DNA of 64,000 nt from Amoebophrya sp. A120 (lineage: Eukaryota; Protista; Dinoflagellata): the NCBI GenBank assembly GCA_905178155.1, contig CAJINV010000002.1, positions 10,210,146-10,274,145 on the forward strand. The letters run 5' to 3'. Below, one piece after another: positions 60,401 through 64,000 of the stretch (positions within the stretch are counted from its first letter, which is position 1; every line of letters starts with the position of its first letter). A program made the translations under genes and the position numbers. The notes below the pieces were generated by a model. It was not told where the DNA came from, searched no databases, and saw only the letters and a list, made by a program, of their open reading frames with translations.

Positions 60401-62841
60401 CTTCTCGGTGAGCAGTGCGTTTTTCTCTCTCGTTGCCTCCTCGAACTTTTGCTCCCACTCCGTCTTTTCCACCTCGGCGAACCGGAGCGAGTTTTTCAGC
60501 GAGTCGACCGCCTGCTCCTGTCGGATCTTCACGAGCTCCAGCTCATCGGCCCTGGCCATGGCCGTTTTGTGTCTGGATTCCCACAAATCAACCTGTTTCT
60601 GCAACTCCTGCTTGGTCTGCTTGAACTCCGCCAGCTCGTCCTGCTTCTGCTGCTCGAGAAGCTGCACTTTCTGTTCCAGCACCGCGATGTCTTGTCTTGC
60701 GGTTTGTAGTTCCACTTCGGCAGATGCTGAACTGCTTTGAACAGCTTGTTCTTCAAGACCAAGATTCATTTGGTCCTGCTCCTTTTCTTTTTTATCTGGT
60801 AAAAGTTCCCCGCTTGACGCCGAGCCCGTTACTAGCATCTTTCCTCGCGAGGTGGCGACGAGCATCGTGTTTTCGCTTTGCAGCTTTTCGCACTTTTTCT
60901 CCAAATCTTGAAGCATCTTCTCGTAGTGCATCTTCAGGTAGTCCTTTTCTTCGTTGGTTTGGTTGCTCACCCGCCGGAGCCGCTCCTCGAGCGCCTGCTT
61001 CTGCCGCGAAGAGAGTGCATCCGCCGCGTCCAGTGCCTGCTTCTTCTCCTCCCGCAATTTCTGTTCGATGGACTTCACCTTAGCGTCCAGCTTTTCCTTC
61101 TCGGTAAGCAGTTTTTTCTCAAACTCGTTTCTTTCCTCCGCCAGTTTCCGTTCCAGTAAAGCCGCCGCGCTTTTCTTCTCCTCCACTTCCGCGGCGAGCT
61201 CCTGCGCTTTTTGCTTCTCCGCAGCCGCTTCTTCCTGCGCGGCCCTCGTTTCGCGCTGCAGTGCTTCCTGTTTTTCTTGGATCAAGGCGAAGTCCTCCGC
61301 TAACTGCTTCTCCTGCAGCACTTTGCTCTTGTACTGCGCCAGCGTGCGCTCTTCCTTCTCCTCGAATGCCTGGCGCTCGTGAGCGAAATCTTTCTCGATC
61401 TGCTGCTTCATTTCGACCAGTTTCAGTTCCAGATCCTGCTTCATCTTCTGTTCCAGTTCCCGTTCCTTCTCCTTGCGACGCTTCCTGCAAGATCATGCGT
61501 TCAGCTATCGTTATGTTATAGTATCGTTGAAGATAAGTACTACAAACTGAGAGACTTCAAACTACAGACATAATTCGCATTAATTTTCCACACTGAATTT
61601 AGAACGTGCAATAAAGCGAATCGATTCTTTATAAGAGCAAAAAGCAGGCACAGCATGCGAGTGGGAGTATTCTTGAGTACGAAAAAATACTTGAATTCGG
61701 TCTCCATCTTCAGTTCTTTGTCCTTAAACTCCATTTCTCGTTGTTGAAATCGTAGGTCTGCCTCGCTTAGCTCGAGACTCGGGCTGATTCTTGGTGTGGC
61801 CAGCTCGGCAGCTGGTGTGGTTCGTTTTTTGCTTCCGTTGTCGGAAAAATTCTTCAGAATCCATGCTGCAACTCAACTATGCATAACATAATTCACACGT
61901 AAGTTACTTATCATAGTGTGTTAGACACGTACTGACCATGGTGGTTGAACCGAAAACGAAAAGCAAATAAACCTTCTTCCCTCGCAGAGTTCAATCGGCT
62001 TCGACTGGACGAGGGTCGGCCAGCAGAACTTCCCGTAGTCGTCGCGGCCATAGCTCGGGGCGTGGGCATTGGCGGGGCTAGTTCGGTCGCGACAGAGGAC
62101 TTTCGTTTCTTTTTCTTTTCCTTTTTGTCCTTCGCGTCAGAACTGCTGTCCTGAGCGGCCGAGGAGCTGTGTAGAGTTGTTGCACAGATGGACAACTACC
62201 GTGGAAACTCAAATTTTTACTTCAGAAAGCACATACGTGTCACAGTCAGAATCCTGGCCACGATTTCGCACGAGGACGCAGTGCCTCTGCTACGCGTTTG
62301 TTCACTTCTCTATTTCTTTTTTTGCCATGAATTATGCTACTTAACAATCCATGCATCTATTTTTTGTATCTATTGGTTCGTCTTCGACCCGTTTATTGCA
62401 GTTGCACTACTAAAAACCGTCGCCCAAACTACAGCAGTACTACCGCTTCCCTGCCTGTGCCTGAATGGCGATCTGGTCCCGCTTCTTCTTTTCCTCGTCG
62501 AAGACTTTCCGGTAGTGTTCGTCGCACGGGTGGTCCCAGACCGAGTCGCCGGTCTCGAAATTGAAGTAGAAGATCTCCCCCTCCTGCGTCTGGCAAGGTT
62601 TCCACGGGTTGGGAAGCGGAGCTTTCAGGCCTTCCTTCGCGATCCAGAGGAGGTCCTTGTCCTTTTCCAGATCCATTCCCAGCCACGCGGCGTACTCGGC
62701 AATTTCTTCCTCCGTAGGTTCGTAGTTCTCGTCCATTTCCTCTTCGAGAACAAGGTTGTTGTTCTGTTGTTGCTGCGGTTGCCCGGCACCAGCACCCCCA
62801 TTCTGGTGCAGCGGCCCGCCCAACTGCTGTTGCGACTGCAT
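54471..62841 (-). CDS. CEP164: CEP164-like centriolar distal appendage protein (N-terminal WW domain, very long coiled coil); multi-exon
   Basis: Signature LEEEMDENYEPTEEEIAEYAAWLGMD...LLWIAKEGLKAPLPNPWKPCQ...IFYFNFETGDSVWDHPCDEHYR, followed by collinear coiled-coil ORFs; 3' extent inferred. Confidence 0.8.
58644..58905. mobile_element. Family A introner-like element, 262 bp, TSD CTTGC
   Basis: TATGCATTGCAAATATGTCTGGGTCTGGAAG...CAGACATTTTTACGGTTGATA; removal gives QQLQESQQQLVTATVK. Confidence 0.93.
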
Positions 62842-64000
62842 CTTATTTCCCCTTGCAGACCGCAGGAGCCCCGGCAGCTTCCCTTCTGTTCCAACTAGCT
62901 ATATGGTTTTCGTAGTTCCAGGTCCTCAACCTTGACGATCATACAAGACGGCTTGTCGATATTCATTGTTCATCTCGGCAGAAAATCATCTTCGGATCGT
63001 CGTCCATGGATGGATTTGAACCACGTCGCTCCTCGTTTCTTGATGCGACTCTGCATAAAGATGAAAGTCGCGATTACTGCTCCGCTGCGTAGGTTGGGTC
63101 ACGCGGCAACTCCTTGCATCTTGCGCCCTTTATTCGCTGCGCGATTGGTGAGAGAACCTCCTTTTACGAAGTGGTGCAAGATCCTTCTTTTTTTTGACAC
63201 AGCCACAGATCAGAGTTGTTTAACAAAGGAAAAAGATGAAAGACCGAAGAAAAGCAGACGAAGACTTCTTGTACACTGGAATTCTGTACTCGATGCAAGG
63301 TAGCTTCTCGTTTTCTCATGTGCAAGTGAGCTAACAGTACCCGCGCCGCCTCAATTTATCTGTCTCATCTCACGAGTTCCATTTCCAACATTGCCATGCA
63401 TTGCTGGACATAGTTCTTGTGTACGAAAACGCATAATGGTCGGCTGAAAAATACCGCAGAACCACCTCCCACGGCTGGGGGAGCTGTACATTGTGCTCCT
63501 GCTAAAAGTAACCCTACACTTTTAGTGTGCTTCGGGACTGAAACAAGGAATGACTTTGCATGCTTAGATTTCAGGTGCAATGTTCTGTTTCGGTGACGTT
63601 GGAACCGTCAACATCAAGGAAAGTTGTATAGGGAATTGGGGAATCGGGATCGCATCCTCCCTGGGATCGATCATACTCATACGCAAGGTAATTCTAACTC
63701 CACATGAAGATGAACGGATGAAACGGATGAAGCAAGAGCTTGGTAGTAATACTAGTTGAGTGAATAGTCTAAATCTACTTTAGAAACAGAATGCACAACG
63801 AAAGCCTTCTGATTCCGAAGAAGCGCAAGAGAAACGCAGAGTCAAAAAAAAAACAAAGTTCTCCCCTGCCGGCAACTCGATTGAGCACGAAGCCTTCGAA
63901 TTATTTCGCCCCATCCGCATCGCGTTTTTTCATTTTTTGCGCGGCTTGCTCTCGTATTTTTTTCCTTCTGTCTTCCTTGGCGTCCCCGATCATTCCGGAG

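Noticed and set aside
34083-61573. Numerous long antisense ORFs opposite the myosin and CEP164-like genes
   Set aside because: Expected shadows of GC3-rich coiled-coil coding sequence

Overview
Gene-dense, intron-containing eukaryotic DNA. The gene content (myosin with a Ras-like/WD40 tail, CEP164, UBLCP1, SFT2, peroxisomal thiolase, 5-oxoprolinase) and the intron style point to an alveolate, most likely the parasitic dinoflagellate Amoebophrya (inference). About 15 protein genes are present. The main signal is 14 transposon-like insertions of 167-1240 bp from about 8 sequence families, all inside coding exons. Each has terminal inverted repeats starting TAT/TAC and ending ATA/GTA, a shared terminal motif (TAT-N7-AAAAA-YG) and a 5-bp target-site duplication (10 perfect, 4 imperfect). 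In every case, deleting the element plus one 5-bp copy restores the host reading frame, usually without GT-AG ends, and family members occur in both orientations. These are non-canonical introner-type introns; IR/DR introner elements are already reported in Amoebophrya. Features that look less well described: the cross-family terminal consensus, an exactly mirror-symmetric 824-bp element with unrelated spacers, concerted variation of TIR arms, apparent conversion to GT-AG introns through TSD change, and a 1.24-kb cargo-carrying member. All coordinates were read by eye and splice positions are predictions.
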